NCBI GenBank assembly: GCA_934481515.1
Contig: CAKSPO010000004.1
Location: forward strand, 2,661-66,660
Origin: an uncultured Eubacteriales bacterium
GTDB taxonomy: Bacteria; Bacillota; Clostridia; Oscillospirales; CAG-272
DNA length: 64,000 nucleotides
Direction of reading: 5' to 3'
Part shown: positions 39,101 to 49,000 of the stretch, one piece after another
How positions within the stretch are numbered: the stretch's first letter is position 1
Layout of the letters: each line of letters begins with the position of its first letter
Position numbers and translations under genes: made by a program
The notes under the pieces: generated by a model
Told to the model about the DNA's origin: nothing
What the model saw: only the letters and a program-made list of their open reading frames with translations
Databases searched by the model: none

Positions 39101-40665
39101 AATTTTTCACGGACGGCTCTGTCGGCTCCGGTTTTGACCTCCCGGATAAGAATTGCCCGCGTTGCGGAACCAAATACCGCGCGGACGGACACGACATCAT
39201 GTTCGAAACTTTTCTCGGGTTCTACGGAGACAAATCACCGGACATAGACCTGAACTTTTCCGGAGACGTGCAGGGAAGAGTCCATAAATATACCGAGGAG
39301 CTTTTCGGTGAGGGACACGTGTTCCGTGCCGGAACGCTGGGAACGTTGGCAGACAAGACCGCCTACGGGTATGTTGCCAAATATGTGGAGCAGAAGGGCA
39401 TCAGCCTGCCGCGTGCGGAGATGAACCGGTTGGTGGAGCATTGCGTCGGTGTCAAAAAAACCACCGGACAGCATCCCGGCGGCATCATCGTTGTCCCGCA
39501 GAAATATGACGTATATGACTTTACCCCTGTGCAGCACCCGGCGGATGACCCCAATTCCGATATTATCACCACGCACTTCGCGTTCTCCTATCTGCACGAT
39601 ACCATTCTCAAGCTGGACGAGCTCGGACACGATATGCCGACCAAATACAAGTGGCTGGAGCGCTTTACCGATACCTCGGTGCTGGATGTTGCCATGAATG
39701 ACCGCTCCGTGTATGAGCTGTTTGAATCCACCGAGCCGCTTGGCATCCGTCCGGAGGATATCGAAGGCTGCACCATCGGAACCTACGGACTGCCGGAGCT
39801 GGGAACCCCGTTCATTCAGCAGGTGCTTCTGGACGCAAAGCCCCGGAATTTTGCGGATCTTCTGCAGATTTCCGGACTGACCCACGGTACCAACGTCTGG
39901 CTCGGCAACGCCCAGGATCTGATTCGTGACGGCACCTGCGATATTTCCCGCGTCATCGGAACCCGCGACGGTATCATGCTGGACATGATCCGATACGGAT
40001 TGGAAAACGCGACCGCATTCAAGATCATGGAGGCGGTTCGGAAAGGAAAGGGATTGACGCCGGAATGGGAGGAGGAAATGCGGAAGCATGAGGTTCCCGA
40101 ATGGTACATTCTCTCCTGCAAGAAGATCAAATACCTGTTTCCGAAGGCACACGCGGCGGCATACGTCATGTCCGCCATCCGCCTGGCATGGTATAAGGTA
40201 CATAAGCCGGTGGAATTTTATTGCACTATGTTTACCGTAGCGCCCAACGGATTCGACGCACAGATTGTCATGGGCGGCAAAGGAAACGTTGTTGCCGTCA
40301 TGCGGGATATTCAGAAGCGCGGAAAGGAAGCCTCTCCAAAGGAGCAGGCAAGCATCACGGTGCTCCAGCTGATCAATGAGGCAATGGCACGCGGGATTCG
40401 CTTTTTGCCGGTGCATCTGGAAAAATCGGATTCTTATGCTTTCCTTCCGGAGAACGGAGCCATCCGCATGCCGTTTTCCTCTCTGCCGGGACTCGGAGAG
40501 AGTGCGGCGCAGAACATCATTCAGGCAAGGGAAGAGGAACCGTTTTTCTCGGTTGAGGATCTGCAGATCCGGGCAAAAATCAGTAAATCCGTGATTGAGA
40601 TGCTGAGAGCCAACGGTGTTCTTGACAACGTAAGCGAAACCGACCAGCTGACCATGCGGTTTTAA
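36196..40665 (+). CDS. polC: DNA polymerase III PolC-type
   Basis: 1489 aa. PHP ELHLHTTMS, an inserted DEDD exonuclease (IVFDIETTGL, HNANFDIGF, HHRACDDA), a zinc-finger CPNPECKH...CPRCG, and the Pol III alpha core. Confidence 0.97.
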   Translation: MSKTFLEIFSRYHPDAELSALLQSADPDGIALRADRGQRIMEATLPFPQYVPKRTLYRIEEEIRQVYELNAVRLCPKYRAELFDSTRIPDLLSETNRSGSVANGFFNHCEYHLQNGFLRIEIPFTEDGVGLMYDAQTPHLMEEIVLREFGVPIRVEIRQMEAFDPMADQGGLYRLRKEFQSEAVKEAERASALEAQYAAQSAASSYGGKAESEEPMLPRAVSIYEPALYPEISGDTCRIGFSVFDLSAPEYIYGDAFEIHPVTIASIDKPQKNLVIVGEIFNFQREEGRGGDKFDISFDIFDGNASIEHRTFGMVPEDADRICSLIGNGTVVAMRGYVKHVTRKGSTDPDFTFYYTDIAKISKKSRKDTAEKKRVELHLHTTMSTMDALIPPDVAVKTAYKWGHPAVAITDHGNVQAFPDAMLALEKAVPADSDFKVIYGMEAYFVNNTASAITGAFNPDFHAECIVFDIETTGLSVQNCKITEIGAVKIRDGKVLDRFDTFVNPECAIPEEIVRLTGITDEMVADAPRFPDALQGFFAFIGDGDGGQKEKKLLIAHNANFDIGFIRHFAEAAGLPFENPYLDTVALSKYLNPELKNHKLDTIAEAYHLGDFNHHRACDDAEMLAMIYFHMIELMEKSEIADLRALQKEMTEKADPLKLKPYHQIILVKNQAGLKNLYRLISQSYLNYFKRFPRIPKTVLEKYREGLIIGSACEAGELFRAILENRPESELEEIVGFYDYLEIQPICNNRFLIAEGTVADDEGLRNLNRRIVELGEKYNKPVCATCDSHFLNREDELYRKILLAGQKFKDFDKDVGLYFRTTEEMLEEFSYLGKEKAYEVVVTNTNAIAEQIERIRPIPKGSYTPEMKGAEEELQEMCWNRAKSQYGDPLPEIVSKRLEKELSSIIKNGFAVLYLIAQRLVHFSEEQGYLVGSRGSVGSSFVATMAGISEVNPLPPHYYCPNPECKHSEFFTDGSVGSGFDLPDKNCPRCGTKYRADGHDIMFETFLGFYGDKSPDIDLNFSGDVQGRVHKYTEELFGEGHVFRAGTLGTLADKTAYGYVAKYVEQKGISLPRAEMNRLVEHCVGVKKTTGQHPGGIIVVPQKYDVYDFTPVQHPADDPNSDIITTHFAFSYLHDTILKLDELGHDMPTKYKWLERFTDTSVLDVAMNDRSVYELFESTEPLGIRPEDIEGCTIGTYGLPELGTPFIQQVLLDAKPRNFADLLQISGLTHGTNVWLGNAQDLIRDGTCDISRVIGTRDGIMLDMIRYGLENATAFKIMEAVRKGKGLTPEWEEEMRKHEVPEWYILSCKKIKYLFPKAHAAAYVMSAIRLAWYKVHKPVEFYCTMFTVAPNGFDAQIVMGGKGNVVAVMRDIQKRGKEASPKEQASITVLQLINEAMARGIRFLPVHLEKSDSYAFLPENGAIRMPFSSLPGLGESAAQNIIQAREEEPFFSVEDLQIRAKISKSVIEMLRANGVLDNVSETDQLTMRF

Positions 40666-40721
40666 CCAAAACACAGGGGGAGCACACATTCATGCGCCCC
40701 GGCGGATATTGACATAGAAAA

Positions 40722-40751
40722 ATGGGCATCGTACGTTTGTACAATGCCCAT
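40722..40751. terminator. bidirectional terminator between polC and the convergent 140-aa gene
   Basis: atgggcat (40722-40729) pairs with atgcccat (40744-40751). A T-run follows the hairpin on both strands. Confidence 0.6.
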
Positions 40752-40756
40752 CGCTT

Positions 40757-41179
40757 TTACTTTAGGTTGGCAACAACCCGATCCACCCAGTCGAAAACCT
40801 CTTTCAGCTCTTCCGGTTTCACGGAGGAAAAGAGCGGCATACCGCCTTTGACATAAAGAACCTCTTCATATACCCGGTTTCCGGCTTCGCCGATGATTTC
40901 TTTGGCACGGTTGGCGGCGGCTTTGTCGCCGTCCACAATCAGCGCCACATTCTGCGCACGGGATTTGTTCAGCTCCCCGCAGAACAGCCGAACGGAATCC
41001 TTCAGATCCCCTTTCGCACTCAGAATCAGAATGACCACCCGTTCCTTGTCGCAGGAGTATGCCGGCGGAATGCAGTCCACCGCATTGACACCAAGCTCAT
41101 AGTGTGCCTTGATTTCATTTGCAATATTTTTCAGTTTCTTCTTTCCCGTATCATACAGGATTCTCATTTTGATTGCCAT
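40757..41179 (-). CDS. hypothetical protein, flavodoxin-like fold suspected
   Basis: 140 aa with a strong Shine-Dalgarno sequence (GGAGGAG) and its own promoter. The alternating beta/alpha pattern (RILYDT..., VVILILSAKG, VALIVDGD) suggests a Rossmann/flavodoxin-like fold. No family was recognised with confidence. Confidence 0.55.
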   Translation of the reverse strand: MAIKMRILYDTGKKKLKNIANEIKAHYELGVNAVDCIPPAYSCDKERVVILILSAKGDLKDSVRLFCGELNKSRAQNVALIVDGDKAAANRAKEIIGEAGNRVYEEVLYVKGGMPLFSSVKPEELKEVFDWVDRVVANLK

Positions 41180-41243
41180 TGTGTCTCCTCCGAAAAGTAA
41201 TAAGGATGAACGGGAATTCCGAACCGGAATACCGTTATCTAAT

Positions 41244-41272
41244 AGTATAGCATAAAATTACCGACAAATCAA
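41244..41272 (-). promoter_or_regulatory. sigma-70-type promoter of the 140-aa gene
   Basis: On the minus strand: TTGATT (41272-41267), 17 nt, TATACT (41249-41244). Confidence 0.5.
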
Positions 41273-41310
41273 TGACCTTTTTCAACTTTTTGCATAAAAA
41301 CGGATTTTGT

Positions 41311-42666
41311 TTACAAAGTACTTTTTGGGGGGAGATCGGATTTCCATGCCTGGATCAGAAAAGGAACGGCAAACAAAAACGTGAGAAAATCGGCAAGCGG
41401 CTGCGTAAGCTGTAATCCCGGTATTCCGAAGGCGCGCGGCATCCAGAAAATCAGGGGAAGGAAGAAGAAACCCTGACGTGCGGCGGCAAGAACCGCGGCA
41501 CGGACGGCTTTTCCGGCTGCCTGATCGTACAGGATGGTGCACGTCACAATCCCATGAGTAAAGAGAACGGCACTCTGCGCCCGCAGTGCCGGAATCCCGA
41601 TCCGGAGAAGTTCATCATCGCTTTGAAACAGGGAGAGAATCTGCGGGGTCAGGAACAGCAGAGGAAGTGAAAGTCCGAACATCAACAGAGTAGAGAACCG
41701 CAAAGCAAAACGGTATGCCTGTCCCGCACGCTCCGGAAGGGCGGCGCCATGATTGAACCCGACGACAGGCATCATGCCCTGACCGATTCCGAGACAAAAG
41801 CTGAACACCAAAAGGAATATCCGCGCGGTCACCGACATTGCCGTGACGGCACTGCTACCGAGGTCCTTTGCGGCATGCGTCAGAAGCACCGTTGCGGTTC
41901 CGGAAAGTCCTTGTCGCAAAAGAGATGGAAGACCGGAAACCAGAATTTTTCCGGCAAGCGGAAATGCGCCGTGTTTCGGGAGCGGGAAGAGCCGGATGCC
42001 GTCGCCGCTCCGGATGCAGAGAAAGAGCAGAACCAGAAACCCGCAACTCTGACTCAAAAGCGTGGAGACCGAGGCACCGGCAACCCCATAACCGAAACGG
42101 TGAATCAGAATCGGATCCAGTAAAATGTTGAGAAAGCTTCCGACGCAAAGCCCCGCCATCGAAGAGACCGCATGTCCTCCGGCACGTAGGAATTGACTGA
42201 GTACAAAACTGCCGCACATGACCGGAGCGGCGCAGAAAAGTGGACGGGCATATGCCACCGCATACGGAACCACCGTATCCGTTGCTCCGAGAAAGCGGAC
42301 AATCGGAACCGTCGCAAAAAGCCCGGCGGCGAGAATTCCTCCGCCGATCAGAAGGGAAAGAAAAAAAGAAAGCGACAGGCAACTGCCGGCAAGTGTTTCT
42401 TCCTGTCTGCCCAGTGCACGGGAGAACAGACTGCCGCCGCCCATTCCGAGTGTATATCCTACTGCCTGCATCAGCACATGTACCGGAAAAAGCACACTGA
42501 CCGCGGCTCCCGCATCGGCTCCGAGACCGGAGAGAAAAGCCGAATCCGCCAGAGAGTATGCCGATACTGCCAGAAGTCCGATCGCGGACGGAACCGCCAA
42601 CCGCAATACCTGTGCTTTTACCGAATGCTCCGTCATTCGCTGAAATTCATTTTCTTTGCGTTTCAT
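41311..42666 (-). CDS. MATE family efflux transporter
   Basis: 451 aa, 12 TM, MatE-like repeats. GAAGGAG Shine-Dalgarno sequence. Confidence 0.85.
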   Translation of the reverse strand: MKRKENEFQRMTEHSVKAQVLRLAVPSAIGLLAVSAYSLADSAFLSGLGADAGAAVSVLFPVHVLMQAVGYTLGMGGGSLFSRALGRQEETLAGSCLSLSFFLSLLIGGGILAAGLFATVPIVRFLGATDTVVPYAVAYARPLFCAAPVMCGSFVLSQFLRAGGHAVSSMAGLCVGSFLNILLDPILIHRFGYGVAGASVSTLLSQSCGFLVLLFLCIRSGDGIRLFPLPKHGAFPLAGKILVSGLPSLLRQGLSGTATVLLTHAAKDLGSSAVTAMSVTARIFLLVFSFCLGIGQGMMPVVGFNHGAALPERAGQAYRFALRFSTLLMFGLSLPLLFLTPQILSLFQSDDELLRIGIPALRAQSAVLFTHGIVTCTILYDQAAGKAVRAAVLAAARQGFFFLPLIFWMPRAFGIPGLQLTQPLADFLTFLFAVPFLIQAWKSDLPPKSTL

Positions 42667-42773
42667 AAATTCTCCTTCGGATGCATCATAAAAAATCTGT
42701 TTGCTTTAGTATGCCGCAGGAGAATCTCTTTCATGTTTTTTTGATAAAAAAACGGCGGAGATGCAAAAAAGAC

Positions 42774-42802
42774 TTGATTTTTGCGGAAATATGGTATATA
42801 AT
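42774..42802 (+). promoter_or_regulatory. sigma-70-type promoter of fba
   Basis: TTGATT (42774-42779), 17 nt, TATAAT (42797-42802). Confidence 0.6.
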
Positions 42803-42839
42803 ACAAACGATCAAAATGTTTTTGAGGAGGCAAACAAAA

Positions 42840-43703
42840 ATGTTGGTTTCGGCAAAGGAAATGCTTACCAAGGCAAAAGAAGGCCATTACGCGGTCGGGC
42901 AGTTCAATATCAATAACCTGGAATGGACCAAGGCAATTCTCCAGACAGCACAGGAACTGAATTCTCCCGTAATCCTCGGTGTGTCCGAGGGAGCAGGAAA
43001 ATATATGTGCGGATTCAAGACCGTTTCCGCCATGGTGAAGGCAATGATCGAGGAGCTGAAGATCACGGTTCCCGTAGCGCTCCATTTGGATCACGGTACC
43101 TATGAAGGATGCTATAAGTGCATCGACGCAGGCTTTTCTTCCATCATGTTCGACGGTTCGCATTATCCGATCGCCGAGAACGTGGAAAAGACCCGCGAGC
43201 TGGTAAAGGTCTGTGCAGAGAAGGGACTTTCTCTGGAGGCAGAGGTCGGCGCCATCGGCGGTGAGGAAGACGGCGTTGTCGGCATGGGCGAGTGCGCGGA
43301 TCCCGAGGAATGCAAGATGATCGCGGATCTCGGTGTCACCATGCTTGCCGCAGGCATCGGCAACATCCACGGAAAATATCCTGCCAACTGGCCGGGACTT
43401 TCCTTCGAGACGCTGGCAGCGGTTTCCGAAAAGGTCGGCAAGATGCCGCTGGTTCTGCACGGCGGAACCGGTATTCCCGCAGACATGATCAAGAAGGCAA
43501 TTTCGCTTGGCGTTTCCAAGATCAATGTCAACACCGAATGCCAACTGGCGTTTGCAGAGGCAACCCGGAAGTACGTGGAAGCCGGCAAGGATCTGGAGGG
43601 CAAGGGCTTTGATCCGAGAAAACTGCTGGCGCCCGGCGTGGAAGCCATCAAGGCAACCGTCAAGGAGAAGATGGAGCTGTTCGGTTCCGTCAATAAGGCG
43701 TAA
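42840..43703 (+). CDS. fba: class II fructose-1,6-bisphosphate aldolase
   Basis: MLVSAKEMLTKAKEGHYAVGQFNINNLEW, LHLDHG, VLHGGTG. Start at ATG 42840 after GAGGAGG. The supplied ORF is 5'-extended through the promoter. Confidence 0.95.
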   Translation: MLVSAKEMLTKAKEGHYAVGQFNINNLEWTKAILQTAQELNSPVILGVSEGAGKYMCGFKTVSAMVKAMIEELKITVPVALHLDHGTYEGCYKCIDAGFSSIMFDGSHYPIAENVEKTRELVKVCAEKGLSLEAEVGAIGGEEDGVVGMGECADPEECKMIADLGVTMLAAGIGNIHGKYPANWPGLSFETLAAVSEKVGKMPLVLHGGTGIPADMIKKAISLGVSKINVNTECQLAFAEATRKYVEAGKDLEGKGFDPRKLLAPGVEAIKATVKEKMELFGSVNKA

Positions 43704-43725
43704 GAAAAACAATCGGTATATTACA

Positions 43726-43762
43726 AAAATGCGCTCCCGCAAACTTTGCGGGAGCGCATTTT
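43726..43762. terminator. bidirectional terminator between fba and the DMT gene
   Basis: aaaatgcgctcccgcaaa / tttgcgggagcgcatttt form near-perfect 18-nt palindromic arms. Confidence 0.85.
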
Positions 43763-43778
43763 CTGCGTGCCGGTCAAT

Positions 43779-44669
43779 TCAGAGACTTTTCCAGAATTCG
43801 GTAATGCAGACCAGTGCCGCACACATGGCCGCACAACCGAACAGATTCATTTTGGTCAGCTTTTCTTTGAAAAAGATACAGGAGAACAGAACGCTGATCA
43901 GAAAGACACAGGAATTGTCCAGCGTGTAAAGCACCGTTACATTCACCAGTTGTAAAATATAGACCATCAGATTTGCGGCAAGTGCCGTTACCACCGAACC
44001 CATCATCAGAAAAATTGCGGAACGGGGCGTCTGACGCAAAGCGGCAGGAATTTTTCGACGCTCCTTCAGTAGCAGCTGCGCAAAAGAGATCAGACAGGCA
44101 AGCGCATAGGTCAGGCACAGCAGTTCTTCCTTTTCGGAATCTCCCGTCAGACGTTGTTGTGCATCCAGCAGAGAGCCGTAAACGCCGTTGGCAATGCCGA
44201 GCACTGTTGCGGAAATGAAAAAGCGCTTTTTGTTGCGGTAGAAATCACCTTCCTTCCGGCTGATCAGATAAACCGAAAGCAAAACCACCGCAATACAGAT
44301 GTATTTGATGACGGAAACATGGTCGTCAAAGAAGACGGAAGCCGCAAAGGTCGGAATCAGAATCCCTCCGGCGATCATGAATACCATCTGAACGGAATAA
44401 GGTCCGTTTTGCGAAGCGCTGATCAGACTGCGGTTGTAGCAAAAGAGCGCTGCTGCATTGATTACACCAAGCAGGATCGTCTGCCATTGCGCATCGAAAT
44501 GGAAGCCGGAAAAGGCAAAAGAAATAAGCGCAATGCAAAGCCCGCTCACTGCGGTAAAAACAGGGGAGGCAAGGTCCTCGCGTCCCGGATAGGAATCGGT
44601 GTAAATTTTGCAAAAGAATGATTGCAGAGTATACAGCAGAATCAACAGAACAATCAAAAGCGCACTCAT
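43779..44669 (-). CDS. DMT superfamily (EamA-like) transporter
   Basis: 296 aa, about 10 TM, with a two-repeat organisation. GAGGAG Shine-Dalgarno sequence. Confidence 0.7.
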   Translation of the reverse strand: MSALLIVLLILLYTLQSFFCKIYTDSYPGREDLASPVFTAVSGLCIALISFAFSGFHFDAQWQTILLGVINAAALFCYNRSLISASQNGPYSVQMVFMIAGGILIPTFAASVFFDDHVSVIKYICIAVVLLSVYLISRKEGDFYRNKKRFFISATVLGIANGVYGSLLDAQQRLTGDSEKEELLCLTYALACLISFAQLLLKERRKIPAALRQTPRSAIFLMMGSVVTALAANLMVYILQLVNVTVLYTLDNSCVFLISVLFSCIFFKEKLTKMNLFGCAAMCAALVCITEFWKSL

Positions 44670-44700
44670 AGCTTCTCCTCAGAACAGAACGTTAAAAAAC

Positions 44701-44729
44701 AGTATAGCAGAAAAATACCGAAAAAGCAA
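44701..44729 (-). promoter_or_regulatory. sigma-70-type promoter of the DMT gene
   Basis: On the minus strand: TTGCTT (44729-44724), 17 nt, TATACT (44706-44701). Confidence 0.5.
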
Positions 44730-44803
44730 GAAAGCACCCGGAATTGTATGGGAAAGTATAAACTTTTTCCCGCTTTCCGAAAAATCGTTTCAAACCGGAG
44801 GCA

Positions 44804-46018
44804 TTACCGGAGCGTCAGCGCGGCAACCAAAGAAAGCACAACCGCAAATCCGACATTGAACGCGGTAAAGCGGAGAAGATAAAACCCGGCTTTCCCGGGA
44901 TTGCGGCGTGTAAATTCCCGAAAAGAAATGAGACTTGCGAGAGAAGCGATCAGGGTGCCGGTTCCGCCGATGTTGACCCCCAAAAGGAGCGCGGGGTAGT
45001 CCGTGGTAAACTGCGACAGCAGAATGGCAGACGGTACGTTGCTGATGACCTGGCAGGAAAGAATGCTGAAAAGCAACGTGTTTTTCTCCAGCATCGCAGA
45101 GAAGAACTCTCTGACCGCCGGAATGCGCGCCATATTGCCGGCAAAAATGAAAAAACAGAAAAAAGTACCGAGGAGCGCATAATCCACCTGCCGCAAAGCC
45201 GTTCGATCCAGGAGGAGAAGTGTCAACGGAATGACAATCAGCCCGATCCGGTAAGGAATCAGCCGGAAGACAATGATTACGGAAAGCGCAAACAGCAAAA
45301 GATACAGCGCGGTTTTTACCGGCGGCAAACGGTCGGTTGCGGTTTGACGCAGTTCCAGCCGATCCCGCGGCAGAAACAGACAGCAGACCGTGATCGCCGC
45401 AATGGAAGCAAGAAAGGGAATCCACATGATATGCAAAAACTCTCCCGTCGGAATCTGAAATTTTGCATAGAGATACAGGTTCTGCGGATTTCCGAACGGG
45501 GTCAGCATGCCGCCGAGATTTGCGGCAATGTTCTGCATGATAAAAACAAAAGCCATGTGCCGCTCTTCGCCGGTGGAGGAGAGAACAAAGTAACCGAGCG
45601 GTAAAAATGTCAGGAGAGCCATGTCATTGCTGATGAGCATGGAGCCGAGAAAGGTGATGTAAACAAGTGCAATGACCGCAATGCGCAAATTTCCTGCACA
45701 GTCCACAATTTTCCGGGCAAGAATCGTAAAGAAGTGGATGTTACGGAGTGCACAGACCACCGCCAGCGTGCAAAAGAGGCAGGTCAGTGTTTTCCAGTCA
45801 AAATATCCGGTGTATTCCCTGTCCGGAGGAACAATGCAGGAAGTCACAATTGCCAGCAGAACGGCAATGCAGAATACCGCATTGGAGCGAACCCACTCAA
45901 AAACACCTGCGGCGCGGGCATGCGAACGGGAAAAAGTCCCCGATTTTTTAGAATCTGTCATAGATAAAACGTCTCTTTTCTGAGAAAATAATCTGTAAAG
46001 AAAACGGGAAAGGCTCAT
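44804..46018 (-). CDS. ArsB/NhaD-superfamily (citrate-transporter/YbiR-like) anion permease
   Basis: 404 aa polytopic protein. Its ATG at 46018 overlaps the addA stop (ATGA). Confidence 0.65.
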   Translation of the reverse strand: MSLSRFLYRLFSQKRDVLSMTDSKKSGTFSRSHARAAGVFEWVRSNAVFCIAVLLAIVTSCIVPPDREYTGYFDWKTLTCLFCTLAVVCALRNIHFFTILARKIVDCAGNLRIAVIALVYITFLGSMLISNDMALLTFLPLGYFVLSSTGEERHMAFVFIMQNIAANLGGMLTPFGNPQNLYLYAKFQIPTGEFLHIMWIPFLASIAAITVCCLFLPRDRLELRQTATDRLPPVKTALYLLLFALSVIIVFRLIPYRIGLIVIPLTLLLLDRTALRQVDYALLGTFFCFFIFAGNMARIPAVREFFSAMLEKNTLLFSILSCQVISNVPSAILLSQFTTDYPALLLGVNIGGTGTLIASLASLISFREFTRRNPGKAGFYLLRFTAFNVGFAVVLSLVAALTLR

Positions 46019-49000
46019 CCCAGCAAAGGAGCCGGAATCAGAATCAGCTTGCCGAGCGGCAGGGAATAAATGAAGCTTTTCTCCGGTGCAACGCCAAACA
46101 GCCTTTGCATGGCAGTGGCATAGCAGGAAAGCTGCATTCCGTGCTTTTCACGGAAAAAAGCTTCCAGGGAGACCGGATCCGTCCGTATTTTTTCCGGCAC
46201 CGCGTCGGTCTTGTAGTCCACCAGAATCCGCGATCCGTTTTCCGTTTCCAAAAGAAGGTCCATAGAGCCTTGCACAAACAGTTTTTGTTCTCCCAAAGTC
46301 TCCTTCAGGGATTGGCTTTCGGTAAAAGAACGCATCGGAAGGAAGATGCCGAATTTTTGCTCTCTCCGCACTTCCTTTGCGGAAAGAAGCAGTTGCATCA
46401 GCGTGCTGTTGCAAAAAAGTCGGATTTGCTTCCGATGAATCATGGAGACCGCTTCCGCAGTCATTCGTTTTTCCGCAATCATCCGTTCCGCTTCCGCATC
46501 CATTCCGTCCGATGCAAGACGCGCAAAATCGCAGAACTGCAAAAAGGTATGCGTTGCAGTACCGATATCCGCGGCACTGACTGACTGTTTGTCGGAAAGA
46601 ATGGTGTCAAACACGGGCGCAGAGGATTCCATCATCCGCAGCTGCAGTTCCAAAGAATCTTCTTCTGCTTCCGCAAGACAGACATCAAGGAAGCCCTTTT
46701 CCAACCGGGAAGCGGCGGCTTTTGCAGGCAGACCGATCAGTCCCGCCTGCGGATAGCAAAAGTTCTTTTCCGCATTCGAATAGGAAGCAAAATCAAGGTC
46801 GGTTCGGTCAGGCGGACGTACCTCCGCGGAGGGCAGTTTTTCTTCATTGGAAACCGCTTCTGCGGGGGCGACTCCCGCAACGGATCCATATGAAAGGAAC
46901 GACACCCGGCAGGGGAAGTCCGGCGCTTTTGCCGAAGGCTCGTTGAGCGACGCAAGAATCCATTCGAGAAGGCTGCCGCCGTCCAGAATTTCCCGGCGCT
47001 TGCCCCGGCGGATTCCGGCGGCATCCGCAATCGCACTGTCCCGTTTTTTGGAAAGCGTACCGGTGACAAACAATTGCTCCCGCGCCCGTGTGAGTGCCAC
47101 ATAAAGCACCCGGATGCTCTCTTCCGTCTGTTCCTCCTCCGCCTGCATGCAAACGGCGTCATGGAGGGCGGTTGCAGAGCTGATGCCTGTCAGCGGGTCA
47201 TACAGCTTCGCGGCACAACCGATCCCGCGGTGCCAGATCGGCGTTTTCCTGCTTTCTCTTTGCCGGAACGGAGCACCGCAGGCGCAAAGAAATACCACTG
47301 GGAATTCCAAACCCTTGGAACCGTGTACCGTCATCACGGTCACGGCGCTTTCCGCCTTTTCAAATCCTCCGGCGGAAACATTTCCGCTTTCCAGCAATCC
47401 GGAAAAATAGGTCAGAAAGCCGTACAGATTGCAGAAGGAGGAGCGCCGATAGGTACGGGCAGACTCATAAACAAAGAGCAGAACAGGGGAATCCCGGTAA
47501 GGAAGCAGACGCTCCTCCAGAAAAAGCGAGCGCAGAAAACGGTCTGCTGACTGCATCATGGCAGAGTCCCGCTGCACATCCAAAAAGGTCAGCAAATCCG
47601 TGACCTTCTTCGTCAGAGCCGGATCTTCCGACTCCGATTCCGCAAATGCGCAAAGAGCGGTATAAAGGGAAGTATCTTTAGAAGAGGCGGAACGGATCAG
47701 GGACAGCTCTTCCAGAGAAAAATCTCCGATCGGCGAGAGAAGGAATTCCGAAAGCGGAAGATCACGATACGGATTGTCAATGGCATACAAAAGGTTCATC
47801 AGCTCCGTCAGAAGGGGATTCTCCAGCAACGGATTTCCTCCCTGAACAAGCACCGGAATGCCTCTCTTTTTCAGTTCGGCGGCAAACATTCTGTCCGTTT
47901 CGTTGGTGCGCGTCAGAATGGCGATGTCCTCCGGAAGAATCCGCTTTCCGCTGTCCAGAATTCCGTCGGAAAGGAGATTTTCCACGCGCTCCGCAACCCA
48001 GCGGATTTCGTCAGAAGCATCGTCCGCAGATTCCTCTGCAGGAAGCTCCACAGCCTCTGCCGGAGCCTTTTTGGCAGAGGGTTTCGCATCAAACACCGTA
48101 ACCTCCACCGGGAGAGGGTGACCGGAGGAGAGCGTTTCAGGGCTTGGTTTGGAGCAGATCAGATCATCCTGCGGGCGGTACCCGACACTCTTCTCACACG
48201 CGGAAAAAAGGAAGGAACATACCTGATTGGTAAACCGGATGACCGGACTGTCGCATCGGAAGTTTTCGGACATAAAGACACAAACTCCGTCCGAGGTATC
48301 CGAGTGCGAATCGGAGGAGAGCGGAAACAATGAGCGGTACCCGGAAAAAATGGAAGGTTCGCTTCCGCGGAAGCCATAGATGCTCTGTTTGATGTCACCG
48401 ACCATAAAACGACGGTTTCCGCCGATCAGTGAGAAAATCCGATCCTGCAAAAAATCCACGTCCTGGTATTCGTCGATGTAGATTTCGTCATATTCCGCCG
48501 CCAGCTTTTCCGCAAAAGGAGAGGGAGATCCGTCTGCATTGGTCAAAAGACGGTAGAGCATCGACCGGATATCGTCGTATTCCAACACCCCGCGGTTTTT
48601 CTTTTCGGACAGCAACCGCGTGCTGTATTCCGAAAGAAGTTCATACAGAATTTTGCAAAGCCGTGCGGTTTCCAGCATCTGCCCACGGATTTCTTCTGCG
48701 GAAAAACGCAGGTATTTCTGCGCTTCCGTAACCTGTTTTTTGAGAAATCCACGCCAGTTCTGATAGGCAGCAACCCCGACGGTCTTGTCCCGGAAGGAGG
48801 GAAACCGTCCGGGCAGAAACCCGTATACCAGATTACGCACCCGCTCATACGGTTCCTTCTCCAGTGCGTCGGCAACCGCATTGCAGAAATCCGTGTCGGA
48901 TGCAAGGAGCGCGGCACATTTGGCATAACTGTCCCCGTCGGAGGCGGCAAGAAGCTCCGAAAACTCCCGGAGAGAGGCGGAAAACTCCCGGAACGCTTCC